NCBI GenBank assembly: GCA_963662405.2
Contig: CAXXKT010000001.1
Location: 1,888,001 to 1,952,000 of the forward strand
Direction of reading: 5' to 3'
Source of the DNA: Syntrophales bacterium
Lineage (GTDB): Bacteria; Desulfobacterota; Syntrophia; Syntrophales; UBA2210
Length of the DNA: 64,000 bases
The position numbers and the translations under genes were made by a program. The notes beneath the pieces were generated by a model. The model saw only the letters and a list, made by a program, of their open reading frames with translations, had not been told where the DNA came from and ran no database searches. Positions 42,015 through 51,149 of the stretch are shown piece by piece (positions within the stretch are counted from its first letter, which is position 1; the number at the start of each line of letters is the position of its first letter).

Positions 42015-42375
42015 ATGAATCCCTCTCTAATCGTCGCGGCTGCTTGCGATGTGTACTTCACACCCCCGTGCCGGACCGCAAAGATCAGTCACAGGCACGT
42101 GCCCAAGCTGGATTCTGGTACGATGAGCTGGATTTTCCTGCCGAAGTTTCTCAAGAGAGAAGAAAGATGGGAAGGCAAATAACTATCGTGATCACCACGC
42201 GTCTTTTACAGACATATTCTTGAAATAGCAAGCACTATCTTTGCGCGGCAAAAGAGACATGGTTTCGCATATCATTTTTCTTACTGTCGTGTTCAATAAA
42301 AAAGAAACCGTTTTCCGCAGGAAGTAAGACTTGTACGATAGATATCCGTCCTCAAAAGCGCCGGGCTCTTTTTTG

Positions 42376-43830
42376 TTACTGCTTTGGAGGAGAGACTGGG
42401 ATTGGCTCTACCTCGATGGTTACCTCCACCGGGGGGCTCTTCCCGTCGGCAAAACGGGCCTCCGGAGGGATGACCAGTTGCGGGGTGACCTGTGTCGTTT
42501 CGGTAATCCCCGGGAGGTTGATCGGTTCGGTTGTTACCTTGATCCGTTTCATGTCTTTCTTGAGGGCCTTGAGCTGAACCGAGGGTGGTGAGGCGGTGAC
42601 ACTCCCGAGTTTAAGGCCATTCGGTAGGGCGCCGGAGAGGCTCACCTTGACAGGTACTTTAAAAGTGATGAGCATATGCGCCGTGAATTTGATCTTGTTC
42701 GGGTTGATAGCAACGACGGTGACGTTTGACGGATGCTGGAGATTTGTGGTACCGATCGGTAACTCCTGCCGTCCCTCTTTGATTCCGGTCATATCAAGAG
42801 TGACGTTCAAGGACTCTTTGTTTAAGAGGCTGAATGCCTGTTTCGAGCCCATGAGGGTAACCGTTGTCTCTTTCGGACTCTCCTCTTCGATGATCCAGTC
42901 GGGTGGAAGATTCCGATACACAATGGGCCTGACGAAATCGCGCCTGATACTCTCGGTCTGGTGCCCGAATGCGAGCCACAAGCCACAGGCAAGGAGTATG
43001 GCAATGATCTTCTCCCCCCAGTTTTCACTCAGCCAACGGAACCCCGCGTTTTTCTCAGGGGCCGTCTCCCGATATAATTGTTCGAGGATAGCGAGCAGAT
43101 CTCCCGGGTGGTGGAGCCTCACCAGGTTCCCCTCACGCGCTATGGAGACGGTTCCCCGCTCTTCCGATACGACTATACAGAAGGCATCGCACCGTTCCGA
43201 AAGACCCAGCGCCGCCGTATGACGAAGACCCAGATTGGCTATTTTACCGGGGTTGACCGAGAGGGGGAGATGGCAGCCGAACCGGGTAATGTGTCCATTT
43301 TCGATAACGACTGCGCCGTCGTGTCCGATCGAATGGGGATCAAAGATACTCTCCAGGATCGCCTCACTCAGGTTCCCATCGAGATCGAAGCCCCCCTTGA
43401 GATGGCGATCCAGGAAATCGTCCCCTTTGAGGACGATTAGTGCCCCACGGCGGTTCTGGGCGATCCGGGTGATGGCACGATTAATGACCTCCGCGTCTTG
43501 AAGCGGTGATGTGTCGAGAGAGCCTTTCCTGGTGAATCGCCAGGTGGCCAGACGCTCAAAGAATCTGCGGATATCTTCCTGGAAGATGATAATCAGGGCG
43601 ATGGCCAGGATGGCAAAGAAGCCCTGGAGGGCGTATTCCGTGATATACAGATGAAAGATCCGGGCAATGGCGTATATCAACGCGAGGATGAAGATGCCGA
43701 TCAGGACAAAACGTGATGCCGTCTTCTTGAACCACATCAAGGTAATGTATGAAAATATGGCGATAATGACGATATCGAGAAGATCGGGAATTCGTATCGT
43801 GTGTGCCAGTTGGATGAAATATTGTTCCAT
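42376..43830 (-). CDS. Diadenylate cyclase (CdaA/DisA_N) fused to YbbR-like domains
   Basis: 3 N-terminal TMs, FQEDIRR, HDGA, GLRHTAALGLSE, VVSEERG; further TM and beta-rich C-terminal repeats. Confidence 0.88.
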   Translation of the reverse strand: MEQYFIQLAHTIRIPDLLDIVIIAIFSYITLMWFKKTASRFVLIGIFILALIYAIARIFHLYITEYALQGFFAILAIALIIIFQEDIRRFFERLATWRFTRKGSLDTSPLQDAEVINRAITRIAQNRRGALIVLKGDDFLDRHLKGGFDLDGNLSEAILESIFDPHSIGHDGAVVIENGHITRFGCHLPLSVNPGKIANLGLRHTAALGLSERCDAFCIVVSEERGTVSIAREGNLVRLHHPGDLLAILEQLYRETAPEKNAGFRWLSENWGEKIIAILLACGLWLAFGHQTESIRRDFVRPIVYRNLPPDWIIEEESPKETTVTLMGSKQAFSLLNKESLNVTLDMTGIKEGRQELPIGTTNLQHPSNVTVVAINPNKIKFTAHMLITFKVPVKVSLSGALPNGLKLGSVTASPPSVQLKALKKDMKRIKVTTEPINLPGITETTQVTPQLVIPPEARFADGKSPPVEVTIEVEPIPVSPPKQ

Positions 43831-44086
43831 GGTTCCCGTTCGTTTGGCGTTTTACGCGGAAAACATCCCTCCGATGACCGATGACATCGAATTCCGGAAA
43901 ACTCGTTTATTATAGATAAGTGTAATACAATACGTTGATATTTGGCAATATCTTTCTTTTATGTCCCTTGAATTTGATGCCGGTATCGTGCTAGTAATGA
44001 TTTTGAATGCGGGTTTTGCCGCTCCGATGGCCCGCCCGGTTCTATCCCGTGCTTTATGCCGATGCTCGCGAGAAGGATAGATACAT

Positions 44087-45139
44087 ATGATGGATTCTCA
44101 AGGACATACCCCGGATGACCCCGCAAAGGCGATGCTTTCCGTAGTCGGAAAGAAAAGGGCAATTTTGATCATGTGTCATAACAACCCCGACCCCGACACG
44201 ATCGCGTCGGCAGCTGCGCTGAAATATATCTTTGCCCAAAGCCTCCATCGCAAGGCGGTTATCGGGTATGAGGGGACTATCGGTCGGGCTGAAAACCGTC
44301 AGCTCGTCCGACGCCTGAAGATTGAGATGATACGAACAACTGATCTGAATTTCAGTGATTTCTCAGTTATTGCCCTTGTCGACAGCCAGCCGCATACCGG
44401 GAACAATGCCATTCCTCAAAAGATCTTTCCCCATATCGTTGTTGATCATCACCCTATGAGGAAAGACACCGCGCGGTGTGCCTTTTATGATATTCGACCC
44501 GATTACGGCAGCTCATCAACAATCCTGACGGAATACCTCCGTGAACTTAACCTGAAAATCGATCGCAAACTTGCCACCGCGCTCTACTACGGGTTGAAGA
44601 CCGATACGAACGGTCTCAGTCGTTCATTCACGAAGCCTGATCTGGACGCCTTCAACTATCTCTTTCCCCGGATCGCGCCGCGAACACTGGCGGGGATCGA
44701 GAATCCGAGCGTGCCGAAATCGTATTACCTGAAATTTGCCGATGCGATTGCCCGGTCGGTCCAGTACGGAGATGTTATGATTTCCCAGATGGGCGCCTTG
44801 ACCAACCCCGATGTGACCGCCGAGATGGCCGATTTTCTCCTGCGGATGGAGAACATCCGGTGGACCCTCTGTATGGGGGAATACAAAGATTTGCTGCTGT
44901 TTTCCGTTCGGACATCACGTCGGGGGATGATGGCGGGGAGGATAGCGATCCGGATTGTTAAAAATCTGGGCACCGGCGGAGGACACGAAAAGGCAGCCGG
45001 CGGAAAAATCGGTCTTGACGGTCTGAAGCAGGAAGAGCGAGCGCAGGTCGCCCAGAGGGTTACCGATCGGTTCCTCAAGCTCCTCGGTGCCCAGGACCGG
45101 GAAGGGAAACCCCTTACAGCTTTGGCCCACGCGGATTAA
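44087..45139 (+). CDS. DHH/DHHA1 phosphoesterase
   Basis: HNNPDPD, LVD, VDHH, KTDT, GGGHEKAAGG. Confidence 0.92.
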   Translation: MMDSQGHTPDDPAKAMLSVVGKKRAILIMCHNNPDPDTIASAAALKYIFAQSLHRKAVIGYEGTIGRAENRQLVRRLKIEMIRTTDLNFSDFSVIALVDSQPHTGNNAIPQKIFPHIVVDHHPMRKDTARCAFYDIRPDYGSSSTILTEYLRELNLKIDRKLATALYYGLKTDTNGLSRSFTKPDLDAFNYLFPRIAPRTLAGIENPSVPKSYYLKFADAIARSVQYGDVMISQMGALTNPDVTAEMADFLLRMENIRWTLCMGEYKDLLLFSVRTSRRGMMAGRIAIRIVKNLGTGGGHEKAAGGKIGLDGLKQEERAQVAQRVTDRFLKLLGAQDREGKPLTALAHAD

Positions 45140-45203
45140 CACGATAAGAAATCACTTTTTACCATCGAGGATCATCCTGTCAGATCGTAGCGAGGATTAC
45201 CAT

Positions 45204-45605
45204 ATGAACATCCAGGAACATATCAATTCGTCACGGCGGAGCGGGGCGATCGATTTCGTCATTGAAGAGAGAGATGAAGAATGCGTTGTCAGCAGCATGC
45301 CGGTCACGGAAGGGGTGCGTAATCCGTTCGGGACGGTGCAGGCGGGTGCCCTGATTTGGCTGGCGGACGTGACGGCATCGATCCTTGCAATAGGGGCGCA
45401 CAAAATCGGTCCTTCCGGGGAGGGTTTCCCCCTCGCGATCAATCTGCATACGACGCTGCTTGATAATCAGCGAGATGGGACCGTTCGCGCAGAGGCGCGA
45501 TTCGTCCGAAAGGGAGAGCGAATCATCGTGATACGGACCTGCCTTACCAGTGACAGGGGGGAGCTGCTGGCTGAGGTAAACTCTACACACATTCGTGCCG
45601 TATAA
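45204..45605 (+). CDS. PaaI-family hotdog thioesterase
   Basis: NPFGTVQAGALIWLAD. Confidence 0.85.
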   Translation: MNIQEHINSSRRSGAIDFVIEERDEECVVSSMPVTEGVRNPFGTVQAGALIWLADVTASILAIGAHKIGPSGEGFPLAINLHTTLLDNQRDGTVRAEARFVRKGERIIVIRTCLTSDRGELLAEVNSTHIRAV

Positions 45606-45647
45606 CGTGGCATGGGACAGATAATCGATAATTGAGAAAGGAAATGG

Positions 45648-46436
45648 ATGATGCATGATTCGAAGGGCGTTGCCGTTCTGACGGGATCGTCACGGGGCGT
45701 CGGGGCCGCGACGGCCCAACTGCTCGCACGGCAGGGCTACAACATTGTTGTCAACTATTCGAAGAGCGAAGGAGAGGCAAGAGAGATCGCGACGGCCTGC
45801 GAGGCCCTCGGCGCCGAGACACTTTTGTGCCAAGCCGATGTCGCCAATGATCAAGACTGTCGCAGAATGGCGACGGAGACAATGGAGCGGTGGGGGCGTA
45901 TCGACGCCCTGGTAAACAACGCGGGTGCGACCAAGTTCTGCGCCCACGAAGATCTCGAAGGGCTCAGCAAGGATGATTTCCTCCATATATACGGAATCAA
46001 CGTGGTGGGGCCCTACCAGATGATCAGGGCCGTGGCTCCCCATATGAAAGGTATCGGAAGCGGCGCGATTGTCAATGTGGCCTCCATCGCCGGGGTGACC
46101 GGGGTCGGGAGTTCCGTTGCCTATGCCGCCTCGAAGGGTGCCCTGATCACGATGACGCTTTCGCTGGCCCGTGTCCTCGGTCCCGAGATTCGTATCAACG
46201 CTGTCTGTCCCGGATTAATTCAGGGGGATTGGCTGCGGCAGGGGATGGGCTCCGAAAGGTATGAAGCTTCCGTACGGTATTGGGAAAAGAAAGCGCCTCT
46301 CCGGATGACGGCTACGCCGGAGACCGTGGCGGAGACGATCGTCTACTTTATCGTCGGTGCCCCTCTGGTGACCGGTGAAACCCTGATCCTCGACGGCGGC
46401 GGACACCTGGCGATGACACCGATGAGCCGACGGTAG
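45648..46436 (+). CDS. Short-chain dehydrogenase/reductase
   Basis: TGSSRGVG, VNNAG, YAASK. Confidence 0.93.
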   Translation: MMHDSKGVAVLTGSSRGVGAATAQLLARQGYNIVVNYSKSEGEAREIATACEALGAETLLCQADVANDQDCRRMATETMERWGRIDALVNNAGATKFCAHEDLEGLSKDDFLHIYGINVVGPYQMIRAVAPHMKGIGSGAIVNVASIAGVTGVGSSVAYAASKGALITMTLSLARVLGPEIRINAVCPGLIQGDWLRQGMGSERYEASVRYWEKKAPLRMTATPETVAETIVYFIVGAPLVTGETLILDGGGHLAMTPMSRR

Positions 46437-46459
46437 AGGAACAATACCCGGCGAATGGT

Positions 46460-46759
46460 ATGGCACGGTGGCATGTCTATATGATCAGGTGCGGGCAGGG
46501 GACTCTCTACACGGGAATCACCACCGATGTGGCACGACGTTTTGCCGAGCATCAGTCGTCGGGACCCCGAGCCGCACGGTATCTGAAGGGGAGAGGGCCG
46601 CTCCGGACCGTTTTCTCTGTCGATGTCGTCGACCGTGCGGCCGCGCAGAGGCTGGAGCGCAGAATCAAAGGGCTGACAAAGGCGAAAAAGGAACTCTTGG
46701 TCCGGCATCCCGAATCCTTGCGCGAGATCGTCGATACCGCTCCGACACGAGAGACTTGA
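46460..46759 (+). CDS. GIY-YIG nuclease family (YhbQ-like)
   Basis: VYMIRC, LYTGITTDVARRFAEH. Confidence 0.9.
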   Translation: MARWHVYMIRCGQGTLYTGITTDVARRFAEHQSSGPRAARYLKGRGPLRTVFSVDVVDRAAAQRLERRIKGLTKAKKELLVRHPESLREIVDTAPTRET

Positions 46760-46872
46760 ATGACCCTCTGAAGTCATATTGAGCAAAGGGGTACATCTTC
46801 TCGGGCCCTATGAAAGATGAGATGATCATGTGCTGCCGATGCACCTCGAGAGGGCGGAAATCAAACCGGATC

Positions 46873-47550
46873 TCAAGGCCTCTCTTGATTTTTCGCTGGT
46901 CCGTTTCCTTTTGCCGGGAACACCCGGTCAAAATCGCGAAGCATCCGACCGGTCAATCTATCCCTGACCGATTGAGGGTTGTGGGTGATATCCAGGATAA
47001 TCTCCTCCATGTTCTCCAAGGTGCTGCCGATGCGATTATCGATGCGGCGAGCAAGAATACCCGAAAAGAGTGCCATGACGAACCGGGAAATGCCGTTGTC
47101 TCCTCGCATGAAGAGTTCCACGACCCCCGTGATTCCTTTGCTGCCTGCTTCATACGCGAAGATGACCACACCGCTTGCGGTGAAAAACGAAGGGATCGCC
47201 CAGTGGTTGAAACTCCCTGTTGCACAGAAGGTCCGTGAACGATCGGACCGATCAATCTGCCGGACATCGCCGATAATCCCCTGTGGATCGGAGACGTGGA
47301 TGCCGGCGTTTGTCCTGGTCACGCGGTAGGGAGGCCGGAACCCGTATATGACCCAGAGTTGCCCCATAAGGGAAGGATTATCCATGGCCTTTTCCCATAT
47401 CGGAAGCGTGGTATCAATAGAAAATGTCTTTTGATAAGTCGTTGTCGGGGTTTCAATGATTTCTCCAACAGGGAGCTCGAGCGCCTGGACCGGAGACACC
47501 GCGGGGAAAAGCAAACAGATGATCATAATCAGCAGAGATCTTTTCAACAT
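46873..47550 (-). CDS. Exported hypothetical protein
   Basis: GGAG RBS, signal peptide ending VQA. Confidence 0.6.
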   Translation of the reverse strand: MLKRSLLIMIICLLFPAVSPVQALELPVGEIIETPTTTYQKTFSIDTTLPIWEKAMDNPSLMGQLWVIYGFRPPYRVTRTNAGIHVSDPQGIIGDVRQIDRSDRSRTFCATGSFNHWAIPSFFTASGVVIFAYEAGSKGITGVVELFMRGDNGISRFVMALFSGILARRIDNRIGSTLENMEEIILDITHNPQSVRDRLTGRMLRDFDRVFPAKGNGPAKNQERP

Positions 47551-47736
47551 CAAGGCTCCTCGAGGGATTGGTGCCGGCAGTATAGATGGATTGTCCGTAT
47601 GGATCAATCTCAAACTCGCGAGGTATGCTGACGCATTTCTGCTTGAATCGGGGAGATGGGGCAATGGGCAGCAAGCAGCCGCTGCGCATGTTACCGTATG
47701 CCCGGGAGTGAGCGGGCAATCGCAGCCAATGTCGAT

Positions 47737-47766
47737 AAAAAAGGGGTCACGACATCTCGTAACCCC
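47737..47766 (-). terminator. Terminator downstream of tRNA 3' fragment
   Basis: GGGGTTACGA...TCGTGACCCC followed by T6 on the minus strand. Confidence 0.7.
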
Positions 47767-47774
47767 TTGGAATC

Positions 47775-47819
47775 TGGAGCCGATGAGCGGATTTGAACCG
47801 CTGACCTGCTGATTACGAA
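47775..47819 (-). tRNA. 3' half of tRNA-Thr(CGT); island att site, no adjacent 5' half
   Basis: Minus strand TTCGTAA-TCAGC-AGGTC-AGCGG-TTCAAAT-CCGCT-CATCGGC-T-CCA: anticodon loop, T-arm, acceptor, CCA. Confidence 0.88.
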
Positions 47820-47876
47820 GTATTTGCTCCAGTTATATCTCATTAAAACAACTGATAAATGTGGAGAATCAATTGA

Positions 47877-48416
47877 CTACGTAGGCGTACAGACTTCGAC
47901 AATGGTCATCACAGCCCACCAGTTGATCACGTTTCCCAGTTCGGCGTGGGCGTGGGTGTGGTGGCCATAGATCTCTTTGTCGCCGGCATCGGTGATAACC
48001 GGCTCCTCGCCGCCAAGCATTTGACGAAATGCGTTCTGGATACCGGCGTTGCCTAGGTTGTTGATCGGATCGCCGAGGCCGAAACGCTCCCAGGTGAGCT
48101 GACAGCAGGGGCGGACGATCATCCAGTCGTATTTGTACATCTGATCCTGCAGCTCGCTGCCGGCATAGATCACATACGCATTGCTGACTGAGATGTCCGT
48201 CAGTGACCCGCGGGCTGTCTCGATCGAGACCGGGGAGGTGAAGTCCGAGATGTATGTCTGGGGATCCTCGTACCGCTGCTGCCACATCTCCCGGATTTCG
48301 GGGATGGCGGCGGCAATATCATGAGTATCGGTGTATTGATCAAACAGATACTCCTCGGACCGAGGAGTAATAATCCGTATGTCGTACGTTCGAAATCCAG
48401 CCCGTAACGGGATCAA
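47877..48416 (-). pseudogene. Probable fragment of a larger unknown gene
   Basis: GC-rich coding-like frame without a good start, at the island edge. Confidence 0.35.
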
Positions 48417-48585
48417 GGCATCGACGTGACAGACTGATAATCACGACGTATTGAATAGGTGAAAGCCTTGGGTGGAGCCTCTTGCTGTGGGCAATTGGCG
48501 CCCACTTGTCATGCTCCTCTCATGGCTTTTTCTTTGTGATCATCTATGCGTGTACTGACATTTCAACGATTCATCTTTCTCCCGT

Positions 48586-49129
48586 GTGTGGATTATCGGA
48601 TTGAGAAATCGAGAGACATCTTGTATAGAGATGGCCATAAAGGTCACCGCCATATACCAACCGGACCAGTCGACAAAATGCAAACGTCCCCTCTCTCTCG
48701 CCATCGAGAGGAACCTCGACCTGAGCCAGTATCTCATCAAGCACCCCGCCGCGACCTTTTTCGTGAAGGTGACGGGGAACTCCATGATCGACGCGGGGAT
48801 CCATGACGGGGACATCCTGATCGTCGACCGTTCCCTCAAGCCCGTCGATAAGAAGGTTGTCATAGCCGTCGTGAACGGCGAGCTGACCGTGAGGAGAATC
48901 AGAGTCACCAGAGGAAAGGGGGTCCCCCTTGACGCTTTTTGCTGAAAATCGAGAGAAACACTCCGACAAGATCATGCAGGTCCTCGACAGCATCAACCGC
49001 CGGTTCGGGGCCAACACGGTCCGCTGCGCCGCCACGAACTCCACTACAAACCAAAAATGGCAAACGGTGGCCGAGTGGCGTTCTCCTTCCTATACCACCA
49101 ACGGGGACCAGCTACCCCGCGTGTCGTAA
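48586..49129 (+). pseudogene. umuD: Deleted umuDC remnant (UmuD N-part joined to UmuC C-terminal tail)
   Basis: LIKHPAATFFVKVTGNSMIDAGIHDGDILIVDRS, then in another frame MQVLDSINRRFG...WRSPSYTT. Confidence 0.85.
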
Positions 49130-49160
49130 CAACATTACCATAAAAGGAGGTATCTTTCCC

Positions 49161-49508
49161 ATGGCCCTGAAAAAAGAAGGTCTAGTCAAATTAATCGAAG
49201 AGGAACTTGGCTTTCCCAAGAACAGATCGAAAGAGCTGGTAGAATCCGTCTTGGAGATCATGAAGCAATCACTGGAGGAGGGTGAAGAAGTGAAGATCAA
49301 TGGCTTCGGGAAGTTCTTCCTCATCGATAAGAAAGCCAGGAACGGGAGGAACCCACAAACGGGAGAGGATGTAATCATTGAACCCCGGAGGGTTGTTTCT
49401 TTCAAATTCTCCCCACAGGCGCGGGCCAAGCTCAACAGCGAATTGACATCACGCACCACTCAGAGCGGATCTGGCGCCTTCATGAAGCGAGCAACGAGAA
49501 GTCTTTAA
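49161..49508 (+). CDS. IHF-alpha/HU-like DNA-binding protein
   Basis: AGGAGG RBS; VKINGFGKF, RNGRNPQTGE. Confidence 0.92.
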   Translation: MALKKEGLVKLIEEELGFPKNRSKELVESVLEIMKQSLEEGEEVKINGFGKFFLIDKKARNGRNPQTGEDVIIEPRRVVSFKFSPQARAKLNSELTSRTTQSGSGAFMKRATRSL

Positions 49509-49521
49509 AGGAGGGATTACA

Positions 49522-50358
49522 ATGAGTGCTCGGAAACCACTTTTTAGCATCTTTACGTGTCTCTTTATTGTTGCTCTCATATTGGTTTCCCCACCTGGCG
49601 TTCAAGCTGTCGACTATTCGGAGATTCATTGCAAGCATTTCATCCACGGCTACCCAGCCGGCGTCCCACTGAGCAATGACCTCATTATTCGTGATATTTA
49701 CGCACTGTCGTCAAATGATGCGACCAAACTAGCGGATTGGGTCTGCTATCGCCTCGATAAAGAGACCGTCACCGGAGACGTGGAAACCTCAAGGAAATGG
49801 CAGGCTGATCCGTGGCTGGACGAGATCGAAACATTGGAGCCTTCTGATTATGCGGGCGCACATGCTGCCCTGCATGTAGACCGGGGGCATCAGGCTCCTT
49901 TGGGAAGCTTCAAGGGGACAAAGCAATGGGCTGATACGAACATGCTTTCAAATATAACCCCTCAAAAGGCAAACCTCAACCAGGGGCCCTGGAAGAAGCT
50001 TGAAGAAAAAGTGCGTGACCTTGCGAGGGCCGGTGATGTCGTTTATGTGATGACGGGGCCGCTATATGAGCGAGATATGCCAAAGCTGCCCGGGGCAGAT
50101 GAACCTCATTTGATTCCGTCAGGGTATTGGAAGATCATCGTCATACAACCAGACAAGGACATCAATTCCATCCGGACGGCAAGCTTCATCTTTGACCAAG
50201 AGACACCAAGAAATGATGCAGTAATCGATCATCTTTGCGCGATCAATGATATTGAGACAAAAACAGGGCTTGATTTTCTAAGAACCCTTCCCGACGAGAA
50301 GGAAGAAGAGATTGAAGGGGCAATGAATAACAGGTGGGTTGAAGCACAGTTTCAATGA
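49522..50358 (+). CDS. Secreted DNA/RNA non-specific endonuclease
   Basis: Signal peptide; DRGHQAP, SNITPQ...LNQGPW...LE. Confidence 0.92.
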   Translation: MSARKPLFSIFTCLFIVALILVSPPGVQAVDYSEIHCKHFIHGYPAGVPLSNDLIIRDIYALSSNDATKLADWVCYRLDKETVTGDVETSRKWQADPWLDEIETLEPSDYAGAHAALHVDRGHQAPLGSFKGTKQWADTNMLSNITPQKANLNQGPWKKLEEKVRDLARAGDVVYVMTGPLYERDMPKLPGADEPHLIPSGYWKIIVIQPDKDINSIRTASFIFDQETPRNDAVIDHLCAINDIETKTGLDFLRTLPDEKEEEIEGAMNNRWVEAQFQ

Positions 50359-50502
50359 TCTTTTCACGCTCAGCCGGACAAACAGAAGCCCCGGATGAGA
50401 GAGGTTTTTTCACCCGGGGCTTCCGCAGCAAAAGTATCGCCAATCCCTGCAGTGTTTGTGGTTAAATTGTACCACCCTACCGTCATAAATCAAGGATTTT
50501 TT

Positions 50503-50739
50503 ATGCCCGATAAAACAGCCCATATGCTTCAGAAAACCTTGGGGATCCTGAGCAAGCTCCAAAGCTATAGAGGTGAAGACTTTACAACGGGAATGCAAGA
50601 GTACCTCCAACTTGTGGACCAGTTCTACCGGGAGAACGAACATCTTGTGGCTCGCCAGCAATATGAAGTTGCACAGACAGATCCCGAGTACTTTTTGCGG
50701 CTCCTGGTTCTAGCCGAAGAGATCCACAAGGAGGAGTGA
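50503..50739 (+). CDS. Small hypothetical protein
   Basis: AAGGA RBS, helical composition. Confidence 0.5.
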   Translation: MPDKTAHMLQKTLGILSKLQSYRGEDFTTGMQEYLQLVDQFYRENEHLVARQQYEVAQTDPEYFLRLLVLAEEIHKEE

Positions 50740-50778
50740 TAGGATCAACCTTATCATCTACAATTGATCAGTAAGTTA

Positions 50779-50966
50779 AGGAGAATTTCGATGATTGTCT
50801 TTTGAAAGTCTCTCGGTAAAATTTCTTGACAATACATCATCGTAGAGTTACCTAAATAGCTGTTTTGATTTTGACGTTTTTTCTGCTTGCGAACGTCTGT
50901 AAGCAAGGAGGGATTATGGCCTGATCATCGAAGCCCTGTTTCTGAAAAAGAGAGGTGGGGCTTTTT
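50779..50966 (+). promoter_or_regulatory. Promoter + SD/mini-ORF + terminator leader, copy B
   Basis: TTGACA at 50826; AAGGAGGGATT-ATG GCC TGA; AAGCCC...GGGCTTTTT; upstream similar to 54042 and 59407. Confidence 0.6.
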
Positions 50967-51149
50967 GCTCCTTTCTAGCCACTCAACAACCATCAGGATA
51001 AGCTTTTTGAGGAAATATGGAGATGAAGCATCGCATAGCACGCCTACTGTGTTCATTGATTCTGTCCAATATCTCCCTAAATGTTTATGCAAGTGAACAA
51101 GGCAATCGAGTAACAAAAACTTTCTGGTCGATATGAAATAGGGATCAAG

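Noticed and set aside
47775..47860. Intact tRNA-Thr gene
   Set aside because: No D-arm or 5' acceptor strand; AATAC cannot pair with TCAGC
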